From NCBI GenBank assembly GCA_964187785.1, contig OZ076409.1, positions 3,412,001-3,476,000 on the forward strand: 64,000 nt of DNA, given 5' to 3'. The notes beneath the pieces are model-generated. The model worked only from the letters and a program-made list of their open reading frames with translations. It was not told the origin of the DNA and made no database searches. Positions 1 through 11,852 of this stretch are shown piece after piece. Position 1 is the first letter of the stretch, and each line of letters opens with the position of its first letter. The translations under genes and the position numbers were made by a program. The DNA comes from Amphiscolops sp. MND2022 (lineage: Eukaryota).

Positions 1-222
1 CAGTATTCGGTCCAGAAACCCCACATCATCCTTATAGACGGACAGTTATTCCGACAGTGTTTTGGGGAAACAGGGAGCGTCAAGTACCTGTAGGTAATTC
101 TACCGGAACAGTTGGTGGACTCAATCATTTTTGCGCGCCACGGGATGGCCAACATACACCATGAAATTACAAAAGTCATAAAACAATGCTACTTTCCAGG
201 CCTATCGGATAGCACGCCATGA
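1..222 (+). pseudogene. Ty3/Gypsy integrase zinc-binding (H2C2) region fragment, degenerate
   Basis: Frame +1 reads HIILIDGQLFRQCFGETGSVKYL*VILPEQLVDSIIFARHGMANIHHEITKVIKQCYFPGL. This fits the 'DGxLxR...lP...H...H...K...YFP.L' pattern at the start of Gypsy integrase. It has an internal stop. Confidence 0.5.
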
Positions 223-3200
223 AAACGATAGCGAAGGCTGCGTTCCAGACACACCAACAGAACCAACAGTGGCAGTTACACGTGTCTCAGATCCAACAAA
301 AACCTGTCTCACTTGCAATTAACTGGGAAGCAACTTCATCGAGTGACTTGGTAGGAGACGTAGTACCTGAGAACACAATCACCAACGCTCTAGGACGCCA
401 ACACGAAACTAGTTGCAGATGATAGCTATTAAAACGACCTCTCAGATCACGAAACAGATCCCGACGAACTAAAAGAAAAACGACTGCCAATGCGCGAAAG
501 ATGAATCGTCCATGAAAGACTTCCCAGAAAGCAGGTTTATATTTGATTCCTCGAGACAATGTCATTAAGTTGACAGAAACTACTATCCGAACAGGAACTA
601 CTATCCGAAATCTAGGACTGCTCTGACAGAATGGATGACGTCAAAACCTTCTTCGGAACATGAGAATCACAGCGAAATTTCCACGTCGCGACAACAACCC
701 AGAAGATCAGATCAGTTTGGCGGAGAAAAACGCTCTCCTCAACAGTTGATATGTTACGTTGGTTACGACCACGCATATCCACCAGTAAGGATATGAAGTG
801 GTTCCTAGCTGTTTTGGCATCTAGAACCGACACTCTTCCACAAAACTGCAAACATGACACCCGATCATGGAACAGTGCAACACTGTAGGCCTCTCCACCC
901 TGCTAGCGCACATCTTAGGAGCAACAACAAGAACTGGGGGCCAAACAGGAATGAGAATAAGCCGACACATTGGGGACTTCCCGGAACAATAAAAAATGGT
1001 GACAGTCACGAAAGAAACTACCCTGAATGGCATCGCAACAACCGCCCAGAGCTAGTGCGACAATGGGTTCATTTCTGAGACAATCCACAGAGTAGACCAG
1101 GTAACCAAGGGGCGCCCAATGTAGTCACTCCACGCATCAAGTTGATGTAATTCCGCGAGTTTCTTTACTTAACCAGGAGGCTTCAATTTAAAAAAAAACT
1201 ACACATAGTTACGACAGCTGTAGTTGAGGATGGTAGAATCCAGCCGTTTCTCAAAGTTTGACTGGGAGCAACTCACGAGTACATGGAGCAGATTAAGACG
1301 CCGTGAAAGCAAAATATCTGGCACAGCAATCATGCCCAATACCACAGGGGTTTTACCACGAGGCGTAGGAACAAAACTATTCTCCGTGAAAAAAAGTTCA
1401 CATCCTCTCAGTGACGAACCAACTCCACAAGGTCGTCACTCAAAGAAGCGAAATGGATCTCATGACGCTGCACAAAACGCTGAAAACTCACTGAACTCAT
1501 CCTTGAGGGCTGATGAACTGCTTTGTTGAAGTGAAGTAACAAGACCTCCAAGACAACAAACGTGTTTAGCGACTGAGTGCCAATCAATCCAGTCTTTCAA
1601 ACATGAACTTTGAAAACGTCGGAAGTGTACTCCAAAAGAGACAGCGGTACAAGTTGATCATGGAATCGACAAATTTTTGTGAAAATGTTGAATTGGATTG
1701 AAGAAAAATTTAATAACCAGACGGGCGAAAGTTCAGCATGCAGAATAGCGAGCACCTGAGAGAAACACTCTATCTCTGCATCGCCGATACCGGGAGCCCC
1801 AGGCTACCACAGGGCACGAAGTTCCCGAATGACATCACCGGTGTAACATCACACAGAGCAGCGCACCCCGTCATCTCCCTCCTGCAGCAGAAGGCTGAAA
1901 TGGTCTTTTTCACACCTCGACTGAATCCGACAGAAGACAGAAAATGCGAGGGTACAACGTCTGACTCACAATCAACAGTGATTCAGTATTTCTCCAGGTT
2001 GCCTAGCATAATTTGACTAAACGGGCAGATTGGTCTGAAAATGGTTCCAGAGTTGCCTCGGGAAACTTGGTGAGCCAACAATGCGAAGAAGTTCAAAAAA
2101 CCTACCGACGAATGTGAAGAACGGAACTTTCCATAACACCCCAATGAGAGCATCAACCCCATCCCATTTGAAAAGATTCTTTTTCCCCAAACCCACCGCG
2201 AGGTCTGTTCGATCTTGGCCTGTAGCTCAGCTGACATCGATGTCACTTCGGCCTGATCGAATCGGGAAGAGTTAATGGCATCTCATGATCCAGACGATAC
2301 CTTCAATGCTTTGAGAAAATGCTTTCACTCCCAAAGTGTTGTCAGATTACGGGCTCACCCCGACTGAGGAGCGACACATCTTTTTGAAAGATAGCGCAGT
2401 TGAAGCCATTTGCGTTCTTATCGGATCTCTGACTGACAACAAGCTTTGGCTCAGATGCTCATTTTTTTCTGTAGCACGTGTCTCTCCGCCTGCCTCCTTT
2501 TCTTATTTTCATTGTCAGCATAAAGTTTTGCTTTCGCCACCTGGACGGCGTCTGCCCAGGACTGAGGCCTTGCCTGTAGTTACTCCTACCTTTCAATAGC
2601 GTCAACATTTCGTGGAGGCCTAAACGAAGCAAACAACCTTCTGAAGACCAAAAAAGCATGCACACTGACAAAAACCAAGTTGTAACGGACAATAGTATCA
2701 ACCAACTAATACTAATCAATTGACATTAGAAAATCAAACCCAAGAAAGCACAGTGAAAATAAAAACTAAAACAAATGACATGAAAATTAGAAAACTCACG
2801 GCGAGACAAAGATCTTTCCCCGAGCTGACTCTGAATCCCTTCGAACGCATAGCTGCTTGATTGAACGCCAGGAACGGGAACGACGAGAGGTACACAACAC
2901 CGAGTTGGGACATCAGACAATCCAGGTGAAAAGAAACTTTGATCGTGATAGAACAAATTCCTGGCAAGAAACAGTTACAAACAACTAAATATCACTGATG
3001 AAAATCATGAAGATATTCTCCCACTCGTAATTAAGCACAGAGCGCTCCTGCAGCCCTACAGCAGGACGAGCATGTTGACTCCGTCCACGACCACCAGTCG
3101 GAGTCCAACAGGAATTTGAATCACAGTAACTCAGAGCCTCGTCATGGAGTTGTGTCCCATCAACATCGCAAGCTAAGCTCTGAGACGGATCAGCAAACAA

Positions 3201-3665
3201 CCACCGGCGCGATAAGACCGGAGAACGCCTAAAACACAACACATTCAATACCACGACACCTAGCACAAACATAACTATGACCGAAAAGAATACCTACTGG
3301 TTTTTGACGAAGGCTCAGGATCCTCATGAATATCATCCTCGTCGCATGACCCGCCCCGCACATGACAAAAAAGTGAGAACGCATAGAACCGGTGCCCTGC
3401 CGATCCGAGTGAAGACGCTTGCCAAGGCGAACATCTTCAGCAAAAGCAGGCGTCCTTGGGAGGAAGTCCTCATCAACAAGATAATACCGAGCCCACACCA
3501 CAAACAACACCAGTAGAAGAAATGACCCGTCTGAATACTAGCATTAACAACTGTTAACTTTAAAACTGGCCATTATCACTAAGCTAAACGATTTACCCTG
3601 TCTGTTGCGGAAGAAGTCCAGAGTGTGCATGTCATTTCTCCCAGATGAATGGATGGACTGCTCAC

Positions 3666-3755
<90 letters not shown>
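3666..3755. repeat. (CAT)30 perfect microsatellite
   Basis: 90 bp of uninterrupted CAT units read directly; explains the poly-M and poly-I ORFs. Confidence 0.98.
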
Positions 3756-3939
3756 GTTTATCTTAGACGATCCGACACTTGAAAATTCGGAGAAGTCGGT
3801 CAAAGCGTCTGTTTCGGGCCGTTTAATGGGGGTTGGTTAGTCTAGTCCAAAATCCTAGGGTTTTTTGAAGATTTGAACTTTTTCATTTTAACAATTTCAT
3901 TTACCTGTAAAAACTACATATAAAAAGAACGTTCGTTTT

Positions 3940-4621
3940 TCATATGCTGTTTTTTGTACTAATTATGTGTAGTTGTTCTATGAGTTGGAACATGTGTTCT
4001 TTAGAGTCAGATAAAAGTAATATATCGTCAATGTAGACAAGGGCAAAACCTTGTTCTATAAGAGTTTTAAAGAAGGTAGACATTTGTTTTGTAAAGAAGT
4101 TTGGGAGTCCTTTGAGACCATAAAAGCCTCGGATGAAAGCGAAGAGTTTATCTCCTGAGGAGAAACTGGTAAGTTTAATAGTGTCTTCGTCAAGAGGTGT
4201 ATGTGCATAGGCATACATAAGGTCAATAGCAGATTTGTAACTTTTTGTTTGCGCGTGCTAATTGTGGAGCGAGAGGTTCAATAGGCCAAGATTCATCAGA
4301 TTGTTCTGTATTGGAATTAGGATGTCGAGCGTCTAATACACATTTTATAGTATCTCCTTTGGGGATTATAATGAGAGGGTTTAAATAAGTGGTGCCATAA
4401 ACTGGTTTGTCTTGTGGAGAGGAACCAATTTGTTTGATAATGTTATATTTTTCGAGTTCTTCGAGAAGTACATTAAGTTTGTCTCGGTAGTGAATAGGGA
4501 CTTTAGAAGGACGTTGTGTTATAAGTTGTGCATTAGGTTTGAGTCTAATACGGAAGGAAGTTGCAGTTTTTCCAACATCGTTTTTATGAGTGGCATAACA
4601 TGTTTTGTACTTAAGTAGCAT
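3940..4621 (-). pseudogene. Reverse transcriptase of Gypsy copy A (frameshifted, truncated)
   Basis: ORFs 4223-4621 and 3940-4218 contain NPLIIIPKGDTIKCVLDAR, GLKGLPNFF and ALVYIDDILL (YxDD). Confidence 0.92.
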
Positions 4622-5399
4622 ATTGCAAAGAGTAATGTATTCTGTGTCTGTGAGGTCAGAAAATTGGACGTTGATTTTATTATTTATATTTCAGATTTTC
4701 AGAAGTCTATGGTAGAGAAGGAAAAATGCGTTTTTCAGAAGTATGAGAAGTAGGCTGAACGTTATATAAAGGAGAAGTTTGATTTGGATTGTCATCATTG
4801 GTCATATAAATTTGATGTAAGGAGAATTGAGGAGGAGGGGTTGTAGGATCATCGTATTGTACAATATAGTTAGTTTGTGGAACTGGTTCAGTGATTTCAG
4901 GATGATAGGTATGAGTAACATTGCGTATTAAGGTGTTAATATCGCTGACTTGAAAGAATTTGGGTTTTTCATTTGTTATAGGAACTTCAATATATCCAAT
5001 ATGTCCTGTAGGAAGTGTGGCAACATGTTTCAGGTGTTCTGAATGATAGTTGCAAAAATATCTGGCTTGTCATCAGTGAATACTTCAATAAAATTGAAAT
5101 TTGTACGAAATTTAGAAGCAAAAAAGGTATGAGGTACTGAAGGGAAGAAGTGATTTTGTGGTGTAGTTGTAAAATGGAGGTTATGATAATTTTTTTATTG
5201 GAAAGTGTGCAGTTTTTGAAGACTTGGGTTTTAGACGTATTTGAGTTTTTGAATTAATTCTATAAATGTAGAAGAAATATGGATAGTCTTTAGATAGGAG
5301 TGTTGTGAACTTTGTATAATTTGGGTGTGTTTTGATTTTTATTTGAATTCGATAGTAAAGTCTTGTATGTTTATGTTTTGTATATTGTCTTCAAAGAAG

Positions 5400-8300
5400 G
5401 GTGTACCAAGATTAATGTATTTGATATCAGCTACTGCAAAAGGTACTGAAAAGTAACGAGAATTTTCATCAATAGTGGTGTTCAAAATTATATTGGCAAA
5501 TTGTAAAATAGGAACTTCAGTTTGGCTTGCAACGGTTAATGTTTTGGAGTTTTGAGTTGGTCCAACATCAGAAGTGTGATTTGGTCTGATATCTTAGAGT
5601 TTCGTGAGAGTTATGTTTGTTGGGTAGTTTAATACAGAAATGGAAGTACCGCTATCTAGAAGGAATGCAATTTCCAATCTAGATGGGTTATCTCTTTGTA
5701 CTATACTTGAGGGTGTATGAACATATAATGTATAAAACCAACTTGTAGGTGTTACAGCGTTTGCCATTGCTGTTGGGTGATACATGTGTACTTCAAATTT
5801 TATAGGGTCAGATTGGTCTTGTTGTTGTGCCATATTAATTTTGTTTCTGGAAGTGGAGTGTGAGCGAGATCTAGAAAATCTAGAGTCTCTTGGTCTTGAA
5901 GGTGGTCTGTATGAATTTGTATATTTTGTGAATTTGTTGTCTCTGGAATAGGAGCGTGATCTGTATCTAGGACGAGAGTTGTGTCGATATGGGGATCTGT
6001 ATGAGGATCTGTATGGAGAACGGTAGGACCGGGAATCACGTTTGTATGTATCATATCGTGATCTAGAGTAGTGTGGAGGAGTAGTACCTTTATCGTAACT
6101 AAATCTATCTCTAGATGTAGAACGGTATCGATTTTGTGAATAGTTTTTAATGTAATAGTTGTCTCGTGAAGTACTTCGACTTCGGTATCGATTATCATAG
6201 TGTTTTGTTCTATCGTTGGAAGGAGAACGGAAATATTGTACAAAAGATTTTTGTGGAGATTTAGATCGAGCATATGTTTCTCGTTTGTCTTCATCATCTC
6301 GTTGTTTTTTGAAACAAGCAGAGATGGAATGATTTGTTCTATGACAGTATGAGCAATATTTTTTATATGCAGGTTTGTTTTTGTTATTTGGATCTTTGGG
6401 TTGTGTAAACATAAGTTGTTCTTGAGATGAAGGGTCAAGAGTTCGAGTGTTTAATTGTTTTGTGATATTATTAATTTCAAGTGCAAGGTCATGTGTTCTG
6501 ATTTTGTCGTTTGCAATATCTTCAGCGTCAACAAGTTTTACTAATGTATGGAAGGGAATTGAAGGTTCTAGAACAGTAGAAGTGTGTTTTACTTGCCTTT
6601 TTTTGCAAAGTCTTTAAGCTTTTTTGGAAGTCCTTTCGGTAAAGATTTCATTACATTTAAGGTTAATAGTGGATGCATTCTCATTACACCAGCCTTTTTC
6701 AACCAGCTGTTGAACTTTGAGTGCAAAATGACGTACTGTTTCATTATCTTTCTTTGTTAAATTAAGGGCTTCAACTTGAGCATAGTAAGCGTTCTTTTGT
6801 GAAGAAAATGTTTTTTGAAAGCTTGTACAAAAGCGTGCCAATCGTGCTTGTAGGTGTCATTTAAACGAATGTACCAACTAAGTGCTGTACCTGTTAAAGA
6901 GCATTGTATGAAAGCCATGCGACGAGCGTGCCAAAATTTATATTCATGTCCTGATGTAGGTTGTAAACCTAAGGAAAATGTAACACGTGCTTCAATATGT
7001 TGTAAATATGCTTCAGGTGTATAATTATGTTCTAGTCTATCAGAAGGTTTAATGGGTTCTGATATAGAAGTAGAAGAGTTAATATATGTTGGGTGTGACA
7101 TAGTATTATGAGATATGGTAGATGGTGGTACTGTATTGTATGTAGGATTATTTGAAAGATTAGTAAAAGAAGTGGTAGAAGTGTTATGAAAGTGAGGGTT
7201 GGTTCTAATTGTTGTTGAAGGAGGATTTTGTATTTGAAATTGGGAAGTTTGTAATGTAGGTGTGATTGTATTAAACGTATGTTGAGAAAAGAGAGTATTT
7301 AATGAATTGGGTCTGTTATAATTTATCTGAGATTGTTGTGTATGACTTGGATTAGTGCTGGTAAGACTGTACGATAATGGATTAGTTAATATAGTTTGTA
7401 ATGGAGGTCGAGAAAGATGTCTGGCAGTGGTGTAATTAAAAGATGGGTTGGAATGAATGATGTTAATATTTAAGGTAGGTTGTGTAGTTTGTACTGGGTT
7501 AGTTTGAGCTGGAGTATAAGTTGACGTTTGCATTTCAGAAGATGATGGTGGGGTTGGTGTTTGAAAATGTGCTGTATTAGCGTTCTGTGTAATATGGTGT
7601 GTATTTGATGAGCTTTGTTGAGGAGAATTTTTGGTGTTTATCTGAGTTGAGAATTGAGGTGGAACAGAAGGTGGATTATAATTTCGAGGAGATGGTACTT
7701 GTGTCTGAGAGGGTTGTGTAATATTAGTGTTGGATGTAGATAAAACAGAAGTATTGTCTGGATCTGTAATTAAAGTGTTGTCTTGGTTTTGGTTGTTAAA
7801 TTCGTTTTGTGTAATATGGTGAGTAGGAATTTGTATAAGATTTGAGTCATCAGTTTTTGTAAAACTTCGTGTAATTTGTACAGTTTCTTCAGAGAATTCA
7901 GATGTATCCTGAATTGTAGCTGTTTCAGAAGGATTTGGTTGTTGTATATCAGAAACTTGTGATAGTGGTTGTTCTTGAGGAGGGTCTGAATTTGGAAAAA
8001 GGTTAGTAAGGGCTTCTTGTTCTGATTGTTCTGATTGTTGTCTAGTATATAAAGGTTCAACATTAGAGGTTTGTTCTTCAGGAGTTGTTTCAGGAGAAGT
8101 ATCGGATGTAATAAAAAGTCGGTTATCTGATGTTTCAGAATGTTCAAATAAAAAGTTGTGATCTAAGTTTATTTGTTCAAAATGTGTAACATTGAATGAT
8201 GTAAAATCTCTGTAGTGTAAATGTTTGTACTCATTTTTTATGATGTATGGTAAAAGTTCTGTGTGTGTTAGGATTTGAGGGAAGTTAATGTAAGTTTGTT

Positions 8301-8941
8301 GATCTTTTTGTTCCCAAAGTAATTGATAGTTAAATCGAAGAATCTTTAATAGAAACTGAGTAAAAATTTTGACATGAGGTATAGTGTCATCCGTAAGGAT
8401 AATGTTGTTAAAGAATCTGTATTGAAACTTTTTTATTTGTAAGATATCTCGTTGTAGCCAATAATGAGGGTTATCATGTCTTTGAACTTTTGTGTCAAGA
8501 TCGGGGACCTCGAAATATTCAGATCTGTGTCTTAGTTCTTGTAGGTGAGAAGGACGATAAAGTGGTGTGTCTTGGTTTTCATTGAATTCAATGAGTTTTT
8601 GCATATATGTGCGGAAAACATCTTGTATAGAAAGTGTAATATTTTGTGGGTGAATGGTTCTATAAAATGTTCCAGAGCTTATTCCTTTAACTGGGTCAAA
8701 AAAAAACCTGAAAAGGGGTTTGTGATGATGTTATTTCAAGTGTTTTATATCGAATGTAATAAAGATAAGAATCACAATGTTCTCGTGCTAATGGAATATT
8801 ATGTAATGTCTGGGGTTCTGTTTCGAATGGAAGTGGATTTGTGTACTGAAAGATGATGTTATTTAGAAAAGGTGTTACATCTTGTATGAGAGATCGATTT
8901 TGTCTTTTTTCTGTAGTTAATGTAAATGGAGTGGGATGCAT
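5400..8941 (-). pseudogene. Gag (long N-terminal extension, capsid, CCHC knuckle, RS-rich tract) plus aspartic protease of copy A, split by frameshifts
   Basis: ORFs 8696-8941, 6757-8604, 6614-6841 and 5594-6412. Capsid-like SLTGTALSWY...WHAFVQAFKK, CX2CX4HX4C, and LLDSG protease motif. Confidence 0.88.
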
Positions 8942-9748
8942 TATATGGTATAAAGTTTAGTTAGTATAATAAGATTGCTGGATAATGGATAGATGTATTG
9001 GAAAAGAAGATATTTTGTATTGAATTGTGAATTATATGGTAAGATTTGGTCTATGAATACAACTTGTAAGAAAATTGTAAGTGCTGTACTTATGAAAAGA
9101 AGGAATGGGTTTTGTATATATTGGATAAATGTATAAAAAGTGTGGTAAAGACTAAGCAGTCCAAAAAGAGGTAGTACTATACTTGTTAACATAGAAGAAA
9201 AAGGTTGTACTTTAAATTTTTGGTATGAATGAAATTAAGAATTTGTCAAGAAAAAAAGCAAGACCGGCAACGATAGCAACAAAGAACCAAAAGCAGACAA
9301 TGAGTCTAACTACAGTGTCTACTGAAGGTGGCATGTACAATAAAGTTCTACTAAGAGTATGTCAAGGAGGTTGTATAAAAATTTGTTATGTAAATGTATG
9401 AAAAAATGAAAGTTATATAAAAAATTATGTGATATATTTGTTATGTATTTTAATTGTTATGTATTTGGATCCGTAAGCTAGTTTTGAAAGAGTTTTGTAT
9501 GATGTTTGTCCTATAGAAGAGAGAGAAAGAAAAGTGTTATAATGGTGTTATGTAAAAAATATATGTTATATAGGTGTGCCAACTTTAGAGTTGATCCTAG
9601 CGGCTAGAACCAAAGAACTTTTACTAGCAGGAATCGCTGGATAGCACTGTAGAAGGGCCAACACGTATCGGACGTCTGCGATTGGAACGGAAGAAAAAGA
9701 GAAAGCCAACACGAATTCACTCAGAGGTGGTTGGAACGAAAAATTTAA

Positions 9749-9877
9749 CTGACAGGAATTACGCTAAGAAACGTAGTCAGAACCAAAAAATATGTCTGAC
9801 AGGAATTACGTTGAGAAACGCAGTCAGAACCAAGAATTGTAACTGACAGGAATTACGTGGAAGGACGTAGTCAGAAC
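9749..9877. repeat. Three ~47-bp tandem repeats with internal hairpin in the 5' leader of copy A
   Basis: CTGACAGGAATTACG-N8-CG(T/C)AGTCAGAAC occurs three times; CTGAC/GTCAG and TACG/CGTA are self-complementary. Confidence 0.85.
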
Positions 9878-10058
9878 AATAGCAACACGAATCAATTTCA
9901 ATTAGAAATTGGTTGCAACGTTGAAGTTAATAACGGTAGGCGATATTGAGAAGTGGAGAAACTGTGTGTCGAACAAAGAGATATCGGATGAGAAAGTCGA
10001 GAAAAGGTGTACAAAATTTGTAGAATTGTGAAATGAATGGGAGAGAAAGAAGAATTTT

Positions 10059-10071
10059 CTTGGTCGCACCA
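10059..10071 (-). promoter_or_regulatory. Primer-binding site of copy A (TGGTGCGACCAAG)
   Basis: Starts with TGG, 2 nt after the LTR-terminal CA. The same or a near-identical motif follows the LTRs at 47430 (+), 60520 (-) and 37432 (-). Confidence 0.8.
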
Positions 10072-10073
10072 AT

Positions 10074-10486
10074 TGAGCTGTTAAAAAGTGTGATGGTTGT
10101 TTCTTTTAGATGTTTTATTATTGACATAAGAAGTCTAAGATTTTAACAGCGAGGTCGTCTTACTTTATATCTCGGAGCTAGCTAGTTCTAAGTACAATCT
10201 ATTTCTGAGATCTCAGTTCTTGAAGTGCTAGAGAGAAGACTGATCGTCAGGATGAATTCTCAATTTCTCCGAGTAGACATATTCTATTAACTACGGTAGG
10301 TTTCATCATTTAACAATGTGACAGCCACAGGATGAATCTAAGACGCTTGTTACAGGATATATTAAATGAAGTTTCTTCTAGAATAATTAGCTTTCAAATG
10401 AGATTACATTTACTAATTACTTTGGTTAGGAGTTCAGAGTATTTCAGATTTATAGAATCTTTGAGGACATGCATCATGCCATCACA
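10074..10486 (-). repeat. 5' LTR of copy A (~413 bp, TG...CA)
   Basis: Begins TGTGATG (10486) and ends CTCA immediately before the PBS. TATAAA (~10168) and AATAAA (~10115) occur in the expected order on the - strand. No partner LTR in the window to confirm the outer edge. Confidence 0.7.
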
Positions 10487-10727
10487 CCTCAAAAATAGGT
10501 ACGAAATTTTTTAAAAACAAATGGAAAGATAATAGAACTCAAACAACTTTGAACATTTTCCAGCTCACATTTTTATGAAGGAACTTCACGAAAAAAGAAC
10601 AGCAGAACAAAAATATATATAATTTTATTTATTTATTTGTTTGCTCTGAAGCTCTGTTAGTAATCTCTTCAAAGTACTAGTTGTCCGTCCTGTCTTCATC
10701 TCTAATCTAAACTAGTTTCTAATATAC

Positions 10728-10968
10728 AACAAGACGCCCGCTAAGCACCGGGATATTTTCCGCTATAAAAAATGAAACGCTCCAACCCGGGTTCGAACCC
10801 ATGACCTCGTACCTGGCAGGCAGACGCACTACCCACTGTGTCACGGTGACTTGTTTCTCGTTTCACTAAATGGAGTAAGTAAAAGTGGATATTTGGCAGA
10901 ATTTGTAAAAAAACGCAACACATATCATGATTTTCCTCCCCCATTTATGTGGGCGGAAAATAACAAAA
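10728..10968 (-). mobile_element. Helentron-associated (HINE/DINE-1-like) non-autonomous element containing a tRNA-like segment
   Basis: Subterminal inverted repeat TATTTTCCGC (10754-10763) / GCGGAAAATA (10953-10962), a 5' hairpin at 10931-10960, a 3' mini-hairpin CCCG..CGGG, and a terminal CGTCTTGTT shared with the element at 48639-49124. Confidence 0.6.
10778..10850 (-). pseudogene. tRNA-derived sequence (tRNA-Gly(GCC)-like pseudogene or SINE head)
   Basis: A-box-like TGACACAGTGG, anticodon-loop-like CTGCCAG and B-box GGTTCGAACCC at tRNA spacing. The acceptor stem does not pair, so it is not a functional tRNA. Confidence 0.7.
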
Positions 10969-11065
10969 TCAACTGTACTTTACTGAAGAAGCAGATTTAA
11001 GTTTCACTCAATTATTTCGCTATTGAAGTGTTTGTTAACGAACACCCAAACTGACTGTTTTTAGA

Positions 11066-11852
11066 CCCAGTGTAAAAACTTATGGTTTTCTTACCAAGAT
11101 AATGGATTTTCCCAAAAAAATCCTGCTAACTCTTGAATTTCTTAATAAGACCTTGGAAATTCTTACTTCTTGCAAAAAATCTTTAATTTCTTGACAAGAT
11201 TCTTATCAAGAAATCTGGGAGGTGAAAATTTAAATTTCGAGACCAATTGTGAGACCAATTGTGAAACCAATTTCGAGATCAATTGTGAGAGTGAGCGGAT
11301 TTCAACGATTTTCCAACTTTATCTGCCTTTTTTGGATATTTTATGATCAATTTTAGGTCTGAAATATCTACGTTTCAGATTATTGATACATACCAATTGA
11401 ATCTTGTTTTCAATCCTTTTAGATCATTATTTTGCTCAACTCAGATCTGAATTTGCGATTATGAGAGCAGAATACAATGATTTTCCAACTTCATCTGTAT
11501 CTTTCAATCTTTCATGATCAGATTTGGCTCTAAAATTTGCAATTTTTAGATCGTTATTTTGTAATGCATGTTTTTGGATATGTTTTAGCTCATTTGCCGA
11601 GTCTTCTGAAGTTTTTATGATGACTGAGGTTCCAAACGAGAATCTTGAAGCGTCTCGCATTTTCTTGCCAATTCTTGGTTTCTCTTGAAACTCTTTATAA
11701 AAAATCTTGGGATTTCTTGAACTTCTTGGCACAATCTTGCAAGATCTTGCAAATTCTTGGATTTCTTAGTAAGAGTCTTGGCAAGATTTTTACCAAGAAA
11801 TCCAAGAATATCCAAGATTCTTATCAAGAGTTCCAAGAGTTTTTACACTGGG
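11066..11852. mobile_element. Non-autonomous TIR DNA transposon (MITE-like, CCCAG termini)
   Basis: Perfect 15-bp TIR CCCAGTGTAAAAACT (11066-11080) / AGTTTTTACACTGGG (11838-11852), many subterminal TCTTG/CAAGA repeats and internal GAGACCAATTGT repeats. No clear TSD. Confidence 0.8.

Larger units (their letters stand above)
3943..10486 (-). mobile_element. Ty3/Gypsy LTR retrotransposon copy A (5' LTR-PBS-gag-pro-RT, 3'-truncated, frameshifted)
   Basis: Order on the - strand: LTR (10486-10074), PBS, gag with CSYCHRTNHSISAC knuckle, protease FLLDSGTSIS, RT with YIDD. Breaks off just after the RT YIDD region. Confidence 0.92.

Noticed and set aside
223..3560. Numerous short ORFs on both strands
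   Set aside because: No recognisable motifs; likely old repeat debris. I found no exon-2 homologue of the helicase here.
3579..3840. Poly-Met and poly-Ile ORFs
   Set aside because: Both are translations of the (CAT)30 microsatellite; there is no other coding evidence.
10778..10850. Functional tRNA-Gly gene
   Set aside because: The acceptor stem cannot pair and the anticodon and T stems are imperfect; it is embedded in a repeat element.
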